DNA of 64,000 bases, from assembly GCA_963776345.1 (NCBI GenBank), contig CAVZMH010000022.1, positions 512,001 to 576,000 of the forward strand. The letters run 5' to 3'. A model generated the notes under the pieces. It did no database searches. It saw only the letters and a list, made by a program, of their open reading frames with translations, and had not been told where the DNA came from. Every line of letters begins with the position of its first letter. Within the stretch, counting starts at the first letter, position 1. The translations under genes were made by a program, and so were the position numbers. Below, piece by piece: positions 48,136 through 57,375 of the stretch. This DNA is from an uncultured delta proteobacterium. Lineage in GTDB: Bacteria; Myxococcota; Myxococcia; Myxococcales; Myxococcaceae.

Positions 48136-49740
48136 TCAGAGGACGCGCGGAGGTCGGAGCCGGTCGTGGAGATCCTGCTCGAGCTGCTGGAGCGCGTCGG
48201 GAGCGGGGAGGTTCGCGTCGACGACGACGTGGGCCCAGTCCCCGAGCGTCACTGGCTCCCAGCGGGCCTTCTGGGCGAGGTAGACGTCCCAGCCGGCGTC
48301 GGACACCGCGCCAGGCTCTCCAGACCGTGCCTCCAGGCGAGCGCGGATGACGTCGTCCGACGCCCGGACCTCCGCCAGAAGGAAGAGGCCACCGTGCGCC
48401 CGCGCGGCCGAGGCGAGAACCTCGCGCTGCCACGCGGCCTGCGCCGTTGCGTCGACGATGACGCACTTGCCCTGGTCGAGCGCCGCGCCGGCATCGGAGG
48501 CGAGCCGCTCGTACGTCCGCCGGGTCGCCTCGGCCGAGTAGAGCCCGGTGTCGAGGGCGGTCGCGGCGCTTTCCTGTGGCCGGAGGCCGTGCAGCCCCTT
48601 CCGCACCACGTCGGAGGAGAGCACCTCCCACCCGCGCCGGCGACCGAGCTCGTTCGCCAGCGTCGACTTGCCGCTCCCCGAGAGCCCGGAGACGACCAGC
48701 AGCAGCGGGGGCAGGTCCTCGCTCGCCGCATCGCAGGCAACGCCGAACGCGCGTCGGGCCATCCGCGCGGCCTCCTCGCGGTCCGCGGGCGAGACCTCCG
48801 GCTCCTCCGCCCGGAGACTCTCCACCTTCCCCCGGACGCACGCCCGGTAGCACACGTAGAACGGCAGCAGCCGGCGCAGCGCCGGGTCTCTCGAGCGCGC
48901 CACGTAGCGCTGGACGAACGCGTCGGCGAGGTCCGGGCGCATCCGGAGCCGCAGGTCCATCGCCAGGAAGGCGACGTCCGAGGCGACGTCCGAGCAGCGA
49001 AAGCGGGCGCTGAAGTCCAGGCAGTCGAAGATGGTGAGGGGTTCGGTGAAGCAGACCGAGGACGTGCGGAGGTCCCCGTGTCCGTCGCGGATCCGTCCCT
49101 GCGCGACCCGCTCCTCGAGCTTCCGTCGCTTGCGGACCGTCCAGGCCGCGGACACCGCGCGCAGGTATCCGTCCTGGATCGGGGTGAGCGTCTTGCCGAG
49201 GAACGGCGTCACCTGGGCGAAGTGGTCGTCCCAGAGCCGCTGCACGGCCTCGGGCGTGCCGAACGCGGCGACCTGCGGCCCGGCGTCCGCGCTGGCGTGG
49301 AACGGAGCGAGCACCTCGGCCACCTGCTCCACCATCTCGCGGGTGAGCGCCCGCGCCTGGAGCAGCCGGTCCATCATCCGGTCGTCGGGGAGCCGCCGCA
49401 TCTGCACCGCGTACTCGACCGCCGCGCCGCTTCCGCCGACCGTGAGCCCCTGCGGCCCGCGGGTGATCGAGACCACCCCGAGGTAGAGGTCCGGGCTGAG
49501 CCGCCGGTTCAGCGCCACCTCCTGCGCGCACATCGCAGCCCGCCGCTCGAGCTTGTGGGCATCGAGGAAGTCGAAGTGGACCGGCTTCTTCACCTTGTAG
49601 GCGAACGGGCCGGCGAGGAAGATCACCGAGACGTGGGTCTGGATGACGGTCACCCCGTCGACCGGGTGCGGGTAGGCCTCGGGCCGGGCGAGCGAGGCGA
49701 GCACCTCGGCCAGATGGGCAGCCGTGGAGTCCGGAGGCAC
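48136..49740 (-). CDS. Bifunctional aminoglycoside-phosphotransferase-like / AAA P-loop kinase (Rv2004c-like)
   Basis: QTHVS, YKVKKPV..DFLD, RDGHGDL, GLSGSGKST. Confidence 0.87.
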   Translation of the reverse strand: MPPDSTAAHLAEVLASLARPEAYPHPVDGVTVIQTHVSVIFLAGPFAYKVKKPVHFDFLDAHKLERRAAMCAQEVALNRRLSPDLYLGVVSITRGPQGLTVGGSGAAVEYAVQMRRLPDDRMMDRLLQARALTREMVEQVAEVLAPFHASADAGPQVAAFGTPEAVQRLWDDHFAQVTPFLGKTLTPIQDGYLRAVSAAWTVRKRRKLEERVAQGRIRDGHGDLRTSSVCFTEPLTIFDCLDFSARFRCSDVASDVAFLAMDLRLRMRPDLADAFVQRYVARSRDPALRRLLPFYVCYRACVRGKVESLRAEEPEVSPADREEAARMARRAFGVACDAASEDLPPLLLVVSGLSGSGKSTLANELGRRRGWEVLSSDVVRKGLHGLRPQESAATALDTGLYSAEATRRTYERLASDAGAALDQGKCVIVDATAQAAWQREVLASAARAHGGLFLLAEVRASDDVIRARLEARSGEPGAVSDAGWDVYLAQKARWEPVTLGDWAHVVVDANLPAPDALQQLEQDLHDRLRPPRVL

Positions 49741-49783
49741 GCCGGCACCATCGCACACCGGGGCGCGGCCGGTGACCCGGGGC

Positions 49784-50254
49784 TCAGCGCGGCCGGCTGA
49801 GCTCCATCACCCAGTTGGTCTCCCAGTCCCCTCCGTCGAGCGAGAAGGCCTGCTCCCAGTGCGCGCGATCGCCGGCGCGACGCTCCCAGATGAAGCGGAC
49901 CTGGACGGGGCGGCCGCCCTCGGAGTCCTCGCCGTAGAAGAGCCCCCGGTCGCCGCTGAAGCCGCCGAACACCGGCGGGAAGAGCACCGCCCGGCGGCTG
50001 TCCGTCCAGTAGATGGCCCAGCGGCGCTCCTGCACGTCGAACAGCCGGACGGTCATCCCGGTGAAGCCGCGGGTGGGGAACTCGATCTCGTCGACGTTGA
50101 CCAGGCTGCCCAGGCGGCGCTCGAAGCGCGAGCTGGCGGGGAACTCCTCCCAGACGTGGTCTCCGGACAGCCGGCTCCGGAGGAAGCGGTTGTGGATGGT
50201 CCAGCTGCCGTCGAGGAAGTCGAAGTCGTGCAGGTCACCGGTGGGGAGCTGCAT
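49784..50254 (-). CDS. DUF1579-like hypothetical protein
   Basis: HDFDFL.GSW...NR, WEQAFS.DGG..WETNWVM. Confidence 0.75.
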   Translation of the reverse strand: MQLPTGDLHDFDFLDGSWTIHNRFLRSRLSGDHVWEEFPASSRFERRLGSLVNVDEIEFPTRGFTGMTVRLFDVQERRWAIYWTDSRRAVLFPPVFGGFSGDRGLFYGEDSEGGRPVQVRFIWERRAGDRAHWEQAFSLDGGDWETNWVMELSRPR

Positions 50255-50305
50255 CTCAAGTCTCCCAGCCCTCGAAGTCGCGCACGTCGGCGAGGGCGCG
50301 GCTCG

Positions 50306-51019
50306 TCACCACAGGCTCGACCGCGGGGTGGGACGGAGGACGAGCTGCTCGGGCTCTGCCCTCAGCCTGCTGCGGAGCGCCGGGCCGACGTCGTCGGCCC
50401 AGTGGAGGTCCGCGGCGAGGAGGGCCAGGTGCCTTCTCAGCGCGCGCTCGTCTCGCAGGACCGAGATGCAGACCAGGACGTCGGCGTCGGCCCGGACCGG
50501 AAGCCGCGGGAAGTCGTTCACCGCGCCCTCCGTCTCCAGCCAGGCCACGGGGGAGGCCCCCGTGCCCTCGAGGACCGGCCGGACGCGCTCTCGAAAGAAG
50601 CGAGCGAGGTCGTCGGCGCCGGGGGCGCGGTGGAAGATGCGGACCAGCACCCTGCTCGCGCCGGGCTCTCCGATCGCCCCGCGGGCGCGCCGGGGAAAGC
50701 CATCCACCGGATGCAGGGGACGGAGGAGCAGGACGTCGTCCGAGTCGACCATCGTCGCGTTCGCCGCGTCCCGGTGCGTCCGCCAGACCCGCCCGTCGTA
50801 GAAGGCGGAGAGCGACTCCCGCCGGCCCGCCATGTCCTGGAAGCCGCGGAACCACACGAAGCGCTCCGGACGATCCAGGTCCTCGAACTGGCCGAGGACG
50901 CGGATCCTCGCCGCCTCCTGGGCCTCGATGAACTCCCGCTCGAAGAGCTGGACGAGCTCGCCCCGGCGTCCAGGGTGGAGCGTGTACTGGCGGAGCTCGA
51001 CGACGGAGCAGGGAACCAT
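50306..51019 (-). CDS. NIPSNAP-family protein
   Basis: VVELRQYTLHPG, FVWFRGF, AANATMVDSDDVLLL. Confidence 0.85.
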   Translation of the reverse strand: MVPCSVVELRQYTLHPGRRGELVQLFEREFIEAQEAARIRVLGQFEDLDRPERFVWFRGFQDMAGRRESLSAFYDGRVWRTHRDAANATMVDSDDVLLLRPLHPVDGFPRRARGAIGEPGASRVLVRIFHRAPGADDLARFFRERVRPVLEGTGASPVAWLETEGAVNDFPRLPVRADADVLVCISVLRDERALRRHLALLAADLHWADDVGPALRSRLRAEPEQLVLRPTPRSSLW

Positions 51020-51062
51020 GCCCGGCACCCTGCACCGGCGCTGGTATGCTACTCAAGGCCAG

Positions 51063-52556
51063 ATGAGGACAATTGCACCAGACCAGAATCGGACGCTGGC
51101 CAGCCTCCTCCTGAAGGTGGACCGGAAGACGTCGGCGCCCCTGCACGCGCAGATCGATCAGGCGCTCCGTGGCCGCATCCTGTCCGGTGCGGTGGCGCCG
51201 GGGACGCGGCTCCCGCCGTCGAGGACGCTCGCCGCCGAGCTCGGGGTGGCGCGCACCACGGTGCTGCAGGCCCTGGAGGCGCTCCAGGCGGAGGGGTACC
51301 TGGTCACCGCGCCGAGGTCGGGGGTGCGGGTCGCGCCCGAGCTCCCCTCCGAGGGTCTCTCTCCGCTGCCGGTCGGCGCCGCGCGGCACGCGTCGCCTCC
51401 CCGGCTCTCGCGGGCCGCCCGGGCGCTCCGGTCGACCGCCACTGGCGCTCCCCGGCTCGGGCCGGCGCCGCGCGCCTTCCGTCCCGGCCTGCCCGCGCTC
51501 GACCTGTTCCCGGTCGCGCTCTGGTCCCGTGTCGTCGCCCGGGCGCAGGCAGGGGCCAGCGCGCGGCTGCTGGAAGGGGGTGACTCCGCAGGACACCCCG
51601 GTCTGCGCCGGGCCATCGCCGAGCACGTGGTGGCCGCCCGCGGCGCCCGCTGCGGCCCGGAGCAGGTCTTCATCAGCGGAGGAACGCAGCAGGCCTTCGA
51701 GGAGGTGCTGCGGCTGGTGGTCGATCCAGGAGACCCGGTGTGGCTCGAGGACCCGGGGTACCTCGGCGCGCGCCGGGCGGTGCTGGGCGCCTCGGCGCAG
51801 CCCGTCCCGGTCCCGGTCGATGCCGAGGGGCTCGACGTCGAGGCCGGCATCGCCCGGTCGCCGCGGGCCCGGCTCGCCATCCTCGCGCCGTCGCACCAGT
51901 ACCCGCTGGGGGTCACGCTCTCGCTGCCGCGGCGGATGGCGCTCCTCCGCTGGGCGGCAGAGCGGCGCGCGGTGATCCTCGAGGACGACTACGACAGCGA
52001 GTTCCGCCACCGCGGTCGTCCGCTCACCGCGCTCCAGGGCCTCGATGACGCCGGCCGCGTCCTCTACGTGGGCACGTTCAGCAAGACCATGTTCCCCGGT
52101 CTGCGGCTCGGCTACCTCGTCGTCCCGCCGGCGCTGGTGGAGGTGTTCGCCGCGGCGCGCGCCTCGCTCCCCGCGCCGGCGTCCGCCCTGGAGCAGGCCG
52201 CGCTCGCCGCCTTCATGGACCAGGGCCACTTCGCCCGGCACCTCCGCCGGATGCGCGGCGTGTACCGCGAGCGGTCCGAGGTGCTGCTCGAGGCGCTGCG
52301 CACCCGGTGCGCCGGCATGCTGGAGCCGAGCCCCTGCGACACCGGGATGCAGCTCTGCGCGATGCTCCCGCCCGGCGTCTCCGACGTGCGGATCCGCGAC
52401 CGCGCGGCGCGGCTCGGGGTCGAGGTGGCGCCGCTCTCGGACTATGGATTCGGCCGGCAGCGCCGCGGCGGCCTGGTGTTCGGGTTCGGGGCGGTCCGTC
52501 CCGCGGCGATCCGCGCCGGCGTGGAGACGATCCAGCGCGCGCTCGAGCCGGGCTGA
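51063..52556 (+). CDS. MocR/GabR-family GntR regulator with PLP domain
   Basis: [44 protein letters not shown]; start approximate. Confidence 0.92.
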   Translation: MRTIAPDQNRTLASLLLKVDRKTSAPLHAQIDQALRGRILSGAVAPGTRLPPSRTLAAELGVARTTVLQALEALQAEGYLVTAPRSGVRVAPELPSEGLSPLPVGAARHASPPRLSRAARALRSTATGAPRLGPAPRAFRPGLPALDLFPVALWSRVVARAQAGASARLLEGGDSAGHPGLRRAIAEHVVAARGARCGPEQVFISGGTQQAFEEVLRLVVDPGDPVWLEDPGYLGARRAVLGASAQPVPVPVDAEGLDVEAGIARSPRARLAILAPSHQYPLGVTLSLPRRMALLRWAAERRAVILEDDYDSEFRHRGRPLTALQGLDDAGRVLYVGTFSKTMFPGLRLGYLVVPPALVEVFAAARASLPAPASALEQAALAAFMDQGHFARHLRRMRGVYRERSEVLLEALRTRCAGMLEPSPCDTGMQLCAMLPPGVSDVRIRDRAARLGVEVAPLSDYGFGRQRRGGLVFGFGAVRPAAIRAGVETIQRALEPG

Positions 52557-52680
52557 GCGCGCCGGTGGTCTCGCCCCCGTCCCGCCTTCCGGGCCCCGCG
52601 CCGGCCGAGCTGACAGGTCACTGCAAGCACCGGCTGTGACTGGCGCGCGACCGCGGGGAGGCCGCTACACTCCCCGCTCC

Positions 52681-53640
52681 ATGCCGGACACCACCATCGA
52701 CAGCGCGCAGCTCGAGCGCCACCGCCCCGCCCTCACCGGGCACTGCTACCGGATGCTCGGCTCTCCGGAGGAGGCGGACGACGCGGTCCAGGAGACCTTG
52801 GTCCGCGCCTGGCGCAGCCTGGATCGGTTCGAGCAGCGCTCCTCGCTCCGCACCTGGCTGTACAGCATCGCCACCCGGGTGTGCCTCGATGCGCTCGGCG
52901 AGCGGGCGCGCCGCATCCGACCGATGGAGCTCGGGCCCGTCGGCACGGTGAACGACGAGCTGTGCACCCGGGCCGCCGGGGAGTTCATCGAGCCCGTTCC
53001 CGAGTCACAGGCCATCCCCGCGGACTCCGACCCGGCCGAGCGCGCCATCCTCCGCCAGAGCATCCGGCTCGCCTTCATGGCCGCGCTCCAGCACCTGCCT
53101 CCACGGCAGCGGGCCGCGCTGCTGCTCATGGAGGTGCTCGGCTGTTCCGCCGCCGAGGTGGCGGACACGCTCGACATGTCGGTGCCGGCGGTGAACAGCG
53201 CCATCCAGCGCGCCCGGGCCACGCTGGAGGCGCGCCAGCTCCAGGCCGAGGCGGTGGCCCCGGAGGTCGATCCCGAGCTGGTGCACCGCTACGTCGAGGC
53301 GTTCGAGCGGTATGACATGGAGGCGCTCACCGCGCTCCTCCACCAGGACGTGGTGATGTCGATGCCGCCGTACGCGCTGTGGCTGCGCGGTCCGCAGGCG
53401 GTGAGCGACTGGATGCTCGGCCGCGGCGTCGGCTGCCGGGGCTCGCGCCTGGTGCCCACCGCGGCGAACGGCGCGCCGGCGTTCGGCCAGTTCCGGTCCA
53501 GCGGCCCGGGGAAGGGCTTCCACGCCTGGGGGCTGGTGGTGCTCGAGGTGGCCGATGGGCGCGTCGCCGGCCTCAACACCTTCCTCGACACCGAGCGGCT
53601 GTTCCCGCGCTTCGGTCTCCCCCTGCGGCTCCCGGCGTAG
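52681..53640 (+). CDS. ECF sigma factor with SnoaL-like C-terminal domain (SigG type)
   Basis: [39 protein letters not shown]...W..G. Confidence 0.9.
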   Translation: MPDTTIDSAQLERHRPALTGHCYRMLGSPEEADDAVQETLVRAWRSLDRFEQRSSLRTWLYSIATRVCLDALGERARRIRPMELGPVGTVNDELCTRAAGEFIEPVPESQAIPADSDPAERAILRQSIRLAFMAALQHLPPRQRAALLLMEVLGCSAAEVADTLDMSVPAVNSAIQRARATLEARQLQAEAVAPEVDPELVHRYVEAFERYDMEALTALLHQDVVMSMPPYALWLRGPQAVSDWMLGRGVGCRGSRLVPTAANGAPAFGQFRSSGPGKGFHAWGLVVLEVADGRVAGLNTFLDTERLFPRFGLPLRLPA

Positions 53641-53660
53641 CCCCAGGCGGTCGGGTGGAC

Positions 53661-53691
53661 CGATGAGTTCTCGCGGGCCCCGGCGTCTCAA
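53661..53691 (+). promoter_or_regulatory. Putative SigG-type ECF promoter
   Basis: CGATGA-N18-GTCTCAA about 30 bp upstream of the VOC gene. Confidence 0.6.
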
Positions 53692-53721
53692 AGGGCAAAT
53701 TCGCAGCACCGGAGACCCGCC

Positions 53722-54141
53722 ATGCCCGTCAAGAATCCCCGGAAGATCTTCGTCAACATCCCGGTGAAGGACCTCGGGAGGTCGATGACCTTCTTCGAGG
53801 GGCTGGGATTCTCGTTCAACCCGCAGTTCACCGACGACAGCGCCGCCTGCATGGTGCTCAGCGAGGACGGCTACTTCATGCTCCTCACCGAGCCGCGCTT
53901 CCGCGAGTTCAGCAAGAAGCAGATCTGCGACACCCGGACCCACAACGAGGGGCTGTTCGCGATCGCGGTGAACAGTCGCGCCGAGGTGGACGACCTGGTG
54001 AAGAAGGCCGTCACCACCGGCGGGAAGCACGCGGTCGATCCGATGGATCACGGCTTCATGTACGGCTGGAGCTTCCTCGACCCTGACGGGCACCACTGGG
54101 AGGTGTTCTGGATGGATCCGGCGCACGTTCAGAAGACCTGA
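53722..54141 (+). CDS. VOC/glyoxalase family protein
   Basis: IFVNIPVKDL, FNPQFTD, DHGFMY..SF.DPDGHHWE. Confidence 0.9.
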   Translation: MPVKNPRKIFVNIPVKDLGRSMTFFEGLGFSFNPQFTDDSAACMVLSEDGYFMLLTEPRFREFSKKQICDTRTHNEGLFAIAVNSRAEVDDLVKKAVTTGGKHAVDPMDHGFMYGWSFLDPDGHHWEVFWMDPAHVQKT

Positions 54142-54177
54142 GCGGCGTCCGCGGCGTCGCCCTTCAGGCCCGCGGGG

Positions 54178-54657
54178 TCAGTCCCACCAGGCGCCGTTCG
54201 GCACGCGGTGGCGGAGCGGCATGCGGTCCGCGCGGAGCAGCAGCGGCTTCACGAGTTCCTGGCCAAGGGCCCGGCGGAGATCGCGGTCGACCGGAGCCCA
54301 GGCCAGACGCAGGAACTCGAGCGTCGAGCATCCTGCCGCGGTCAGGCGCCAGCGGGCGCGGCGGCCGCGGAAGAACGACTCGAGCTGGCCGCGCTCGGCG
54401 AGCCGGGTGACCGCGCGGCTCACCGCCGACGGGTTCAGGTGCAGGGTCCGGGCGAGCGGCATCTGCGCTCCCGGATCCGTGGCCAGCGCCACGAGGAGAT
54501 GGAAGTCGGTGATCGTCGCGTCGTGGACCATCAGCGCCCGGGCCAGCTCGAGGCTCGCGAAGCGGCTGAGCAGACGGAGCGCGGCGCAGACGCAGACGTC
54601 CGCCAGCTCGGACGTCGCGTGAGGCCCGTGCCCGGGAAGTCGAGGCGCGGCATGCAT
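54178..54657 (-). CDS. MarR-like winged-helix regulator
   Basis: CVC..LR...R, LA..L.LNPS.VSR.V.RL..RG, W.LT..G. Confidence 0.6.
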   Translation of the reverse strand: MHAAPRLPGHGPHATSELADVCVCAALRLLSRFASLELARALMVHDATITDFHLLVALATDPGAQMPLARTLHLNPSAVSRAVTRLAERGQLESFFRGRRARWRLTAAGCSTLEFLRLAWAPVDRDLRRALGQELVKPLLLRADRMPLRHRVPNGAWWD

Positions 54658-54671
54658 GGAACGGTGGCCGG

Positions 54672-54688
54672 TGCGATGAACGTGCCAG
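54672..54688 (-). promoter_or_regulatory. Putative sigma54 promoter
   Basis: Minus strand CTGGCACGTTCATCGCA versus consensus TGGCACGNNNNTTGCW. Confidence 0.55.
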
Positions 54689-54822
54689 CAACGTGGCCGC
54701 GCCCGACGAGTCCAGCTCGGCGCTTCCCGCGACCGCCGCGCCAGGCCCTCGAGCGCACCGCATGCGAGCGGGCGGCCCTCCGGGAGCATGCGGAGGCGTC
54801 CGGAGCGCGCCGGGGGGACCCA

Positions 54823-54974
54823 GCCCGGAGCAATCGTGGACATAGCAACTTCAGGGTCGCTGCTCCTCGGTCCGTCGAAACCGCTCCCTGAGGTTTCAAC
54901 AGCTTGGACCGACGATGGCGTCCAGAGATACGGACCTCTGACATGCGAAGTTGCTATGTCCACGATTGCTCCGG
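54823..54974. repeat. Inverted-arm element, copy 2 (perfect 28-bp IR, central IHF-like motif)
   Basis: CCGGAGCAATCGTGGACATAGCAACTTC (54825-54852) and its exact reverse complement (54947-54974). Confidence 0.93.
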
Positions 54975-55092
54975 ACTCGGTCGCCCCCCCCCGCGGGCCC
55001 GACCGCGGGTCCGAGGTCGAGGACGCCCGGAGCCAACCGCCCGCCCGGCAGTTTTCGGTCCCCCGCGAGCGGCCGAGCACAGCCACTCGGTC

Positions 55093-55357
55093 CCTGTCGA
55101 GCCGGCCGAGCGAAGCCTCTCGGTCCGTTCGTGAGTCGGTGGCACGCGGCCTCTCGGTCTGTCGGTGAACCTGTCGAGCCGGCCGAGCGAGGCCTCTCGG
55201 TCCGTTCGTGAGTCGGTGGTGCACGGCCTCTTGGTCCGTCGATGAGCCTGGCGAGCCGCGCGAGCGCAACCTCTCGGTCCGCTGGTGAGTCGGCGGCGCA
55301 CGGCCTCTCGGTCCGTCGGTGAGCCTGCCGAGCCGGCCGAGCGCAACCTCTCGGTCC
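55093..55357. repeat. 77-bp tandem repeat, about 3.4 copies
   Basis: Units start at 55093, 55170, 55247 and 55324; core CCTCTYGGTCY occurs seven times. Confidence 0.9.
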
Positions 55358-55491
55358 AGCGGGTCAGCGGCGGGGTCCGCACACACCGGGAGCGTTCGCC
55401 GTTCCGGACCGAGGACCGCATGCGGCGGGCGGTGACCTTCCTGCAGCAAGCCGGCGAAGAAGTTCCGGCCGTCCGGGGCATCCTGACCTCC

Positions 55492-55956
55492 ATGATCGAG
55501 CCGCCCCGCATCGTCACGCTCTCCGCCCGTCCGATCGCCGTCATCCCCCTGCTCATCCCGAGGGAGCAGATGCCGCAGGTCTTCGGCCCCGCGGTGGGAG
55601 AGCTCGTGTCCACGGTCCAGGCACAGAAGCTGGGGCCGACGGGGCCGGTGTTCGCGCACCACCTCCGGATGGTCCCGGGCCGGTGGGACTTCGAGCTCGG
55701 GGTCCCGGTCTCCGCGCCGGTGAAGCCGTCCGGCCGGGTGACGCCGGGCACGTGGCGGGCGATGCGGGCGGCGCGCACCGTCCACCACGGCGGGTACGAG
55801 GGCCTGCCTGGGGCCTGGCCCGAGCTGGAGCGGTGGATCGCGGCGAAGGGGCTCGCCGAGGCAGAGGACTTCTGGGAGGTCTACACCGTGGCCCCGGACT
55901 CGGCGTCCGACCCGGCGGAGTACCGGACCGAGCTGATCCGTCCGCTCCGCGATTGA
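55492..55956 (+). CDS. GyrI-like effector-binding domain protein
   Basis: GP.FAHH, VHHGGYEGL..AW..L..W, WEVY...P, RTEL..PL. Confidence 0.85.
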   Translation: MIEPPRIVTLSARPIAVIPLLIPREQMPQVFGPAVGELVSTVQAQKLGPTGPVFAHHLRMVPGRWDFELGVPVSAPVKPSGRVTPGTWRAMRAARTVHHGGYEGLPGAWPELERWIAAKGLAEAEDFWEVYTVAPDSASDPAEYRTELIRPLRD

Positions 55957-55972
55957 CCCGCCCGGGCGCCGC

Positions 55973-56002
55973 TTGCAGATGGTTACGTCTTGAGTTAACC
56001 AT
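55973..56002 (+). promoter_or_regulatory. Promoter with palindromic operator (probably ArsR)
   Basis: ATGGTTA-N10-TAACCAT (55979-56002) overlapping TTGCAG-N17-TAACCA. Confidence 0.6.
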
Positions 56003-56037
56003 TACCTCCATCGGCAACGACGCTGGAGGTCGCCCAG

Positions 56038-56499
56038 ATGAAGAAGCCACCCGACGGCTGGCCGCGGATCTCGTCCGCGGTCTTCTACGACGACGCGAGC
56101 AAGGCCATCGACTGGCTGTGCCGGGCGTTCGCCTTCGAGGTCCAGCTGAAGGTCGAGGGGGAAGGCGGGCGCATCGAGCACTCCGAGCTGAAGTTCGGCG
56201 AGGGGCTGGTCATGGTCAGCAGCCCGGGCGGGAGCTCCGAGCGGAAGAGTCCCGTGCCGGGCAAGAGCCCGCGGTCCGTGGGCGGAGTGAACACCCAGAT
56301 GCTCGCCGTCTTCGTGGATGACGCCGATGCGCACTGTGCCTGCGCGCGGGCCGCCGGTGCGCGGATCCTCGACGAGCCCACCACCACCGATTACGGGGAC
56401 GACTACTGGAGCGACCGGACCTACCGGGCCGAGGACCTCGAGGGTCACCACTGGTGGTTCATGCAGCGGGTCCGGGATCCGGCACCTCGTGGTCGCTGA
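56038..56499 (+). CDS. VOC/glyoxalase family protein
   Basis: AIDWLCRAF, HSEL.FG, D.DAH...A.AAGA, DLEGH.W.F. Confidence 0.88.
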   Translation: MKKPPDGWPRISSAVFYDDASKAIDWLCRAFAFEVQLKVEGEGGRIEHSELKFGEGLVMVSSPGGSSERKSPVPGKSPRSVGGVNTQMLAVFVDDADAHCACARAAGARILDEPTTTDYGDDYWSDRTYRAEDLEGHHWWFMQRVRDPAPRGR

Positions 56500-56830
56500 C
56501 CTGGACCGCACGCTCGCCGCGCTGGCGGACCCGACCCGGCGGGCGATCGTCGAGCGCCTCCGGAAGCGGCCCCAGCGCCCGAGCGAGGTGGCCGAGGCGC
56601 TGTCGATGAGCCGTCCGGCGATGAGCAGACATCTCAGGGTGCTCCGGAAGGCGGGGCTCATCGCGCAGGAGGCGCTCGAGGACGATGCGCGGGCGCGGCT
56701 GATCCAGCTCCGGACCGCGCCGCTGTCCGAGCTCCGCTCCTGGGTGGAGGACGTCGAGGCGATGTGGGGCGATCAGCTGCAGGCGTTCAAAGCGCACGCC
56801 GAGCGGGTCCAGCGGGGCCGCCGTCGATGA
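56489..56830 (+). CDS. ArsR/SmtB-family regulator
   Basis: ALADPTRRAI, MSRPAMSRHLRVL..AGL. Confidence 0.9.
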   Translation: MVADLDRTLAALADPTRRAIVERLRKRPQRPSEVAEALSMSRPAMSRHLRVLRKAGLIAQEALEDDARARLIQLRTAPLSELRSWVEDVEAMWGDQLQAFKAHAERVQRGRRR

Positions 56831-57342
56831 CCGCCCGCGAGCAGCCGCGGCCCGGAGACCAGGCGCGGGCGACGGTGCTGGTCGCCGTTCCCCCCGAGGT
56901 GGCGTTCCGGGTGTTCACCGATGAGATCGACCAGTGGTGGCGGCGCGGGCTCAAGTACCGCGTCGCCGGCGGGAACCGCGGCTTCATCCACCTCGAGCCG
57001 CGCCTCGGCGGTCGCCTCTACGAGTCGTTCGAGACGGGAGGCACCACCCGGGTCTTCCAGACCGGGACGGTGACGGTCTGGGAGCCGCCGTCCCGTCTGC
57101 TCTTCGAGTGGCGCGGGGTGAACTTCGCGCCGGGCGAGCGGACCGAGGTCGAGGTGGTGTTCGATCCGAGCCCGAGCGGGACGCTGGTCACGGTCACCCA
57201 CCGTGGCTGGGCGAGTCTCCGTCCCGATCACCCGGTGCGTCACGGCCAGGAGGTCGCCGCGTTCATCCGGACGATGGGGCTGTGGTGGGGAGATCTCCTC
57301 ACCTCGCTCCGGGAGCACGCGTCCAGGCCGGCCGAGGAGTGA
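56827..57342 (+). CDS. SRPBCC/AHSA1 domain protein
   Basis: AFRVFTDEID.WW, WEPP.RL..W, TEVEV.F, H.GW. Confidence 0.87.
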   Translation: MTAREQPRPGDQARATVLVAVPPEVAFRVFTDEIDQWWRRGLKYRVAGGNRGFIHLEPRLGGRLYESFETGGTTRVFQTGTVTVWEPPSRLLFEWRGVNFAPGERTEVEVVFDPSPSGTLVTVTHRGWASLRPDHPVRHGQEVAAFIRTMGLWWGDLLTSLREHASRPAEE

Positions 57343-57375
57343 GCCCACCGCGGGCGCCTCGCTCGGAGGCGCCCC

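Noticed and set aside
55093..55357. CRISPR array
   Set aside because: The sequences between cores are themselves repeated rather than unique spacers, and no cas genes are in the window.
54178..55788. 536-aa ORF reading through the repeat array into the MarR-like gene
   Set aside because: The upstream part translates non-triplet repeats and the antisense of the GyrI gene; only 54178-54657 looks like protein.
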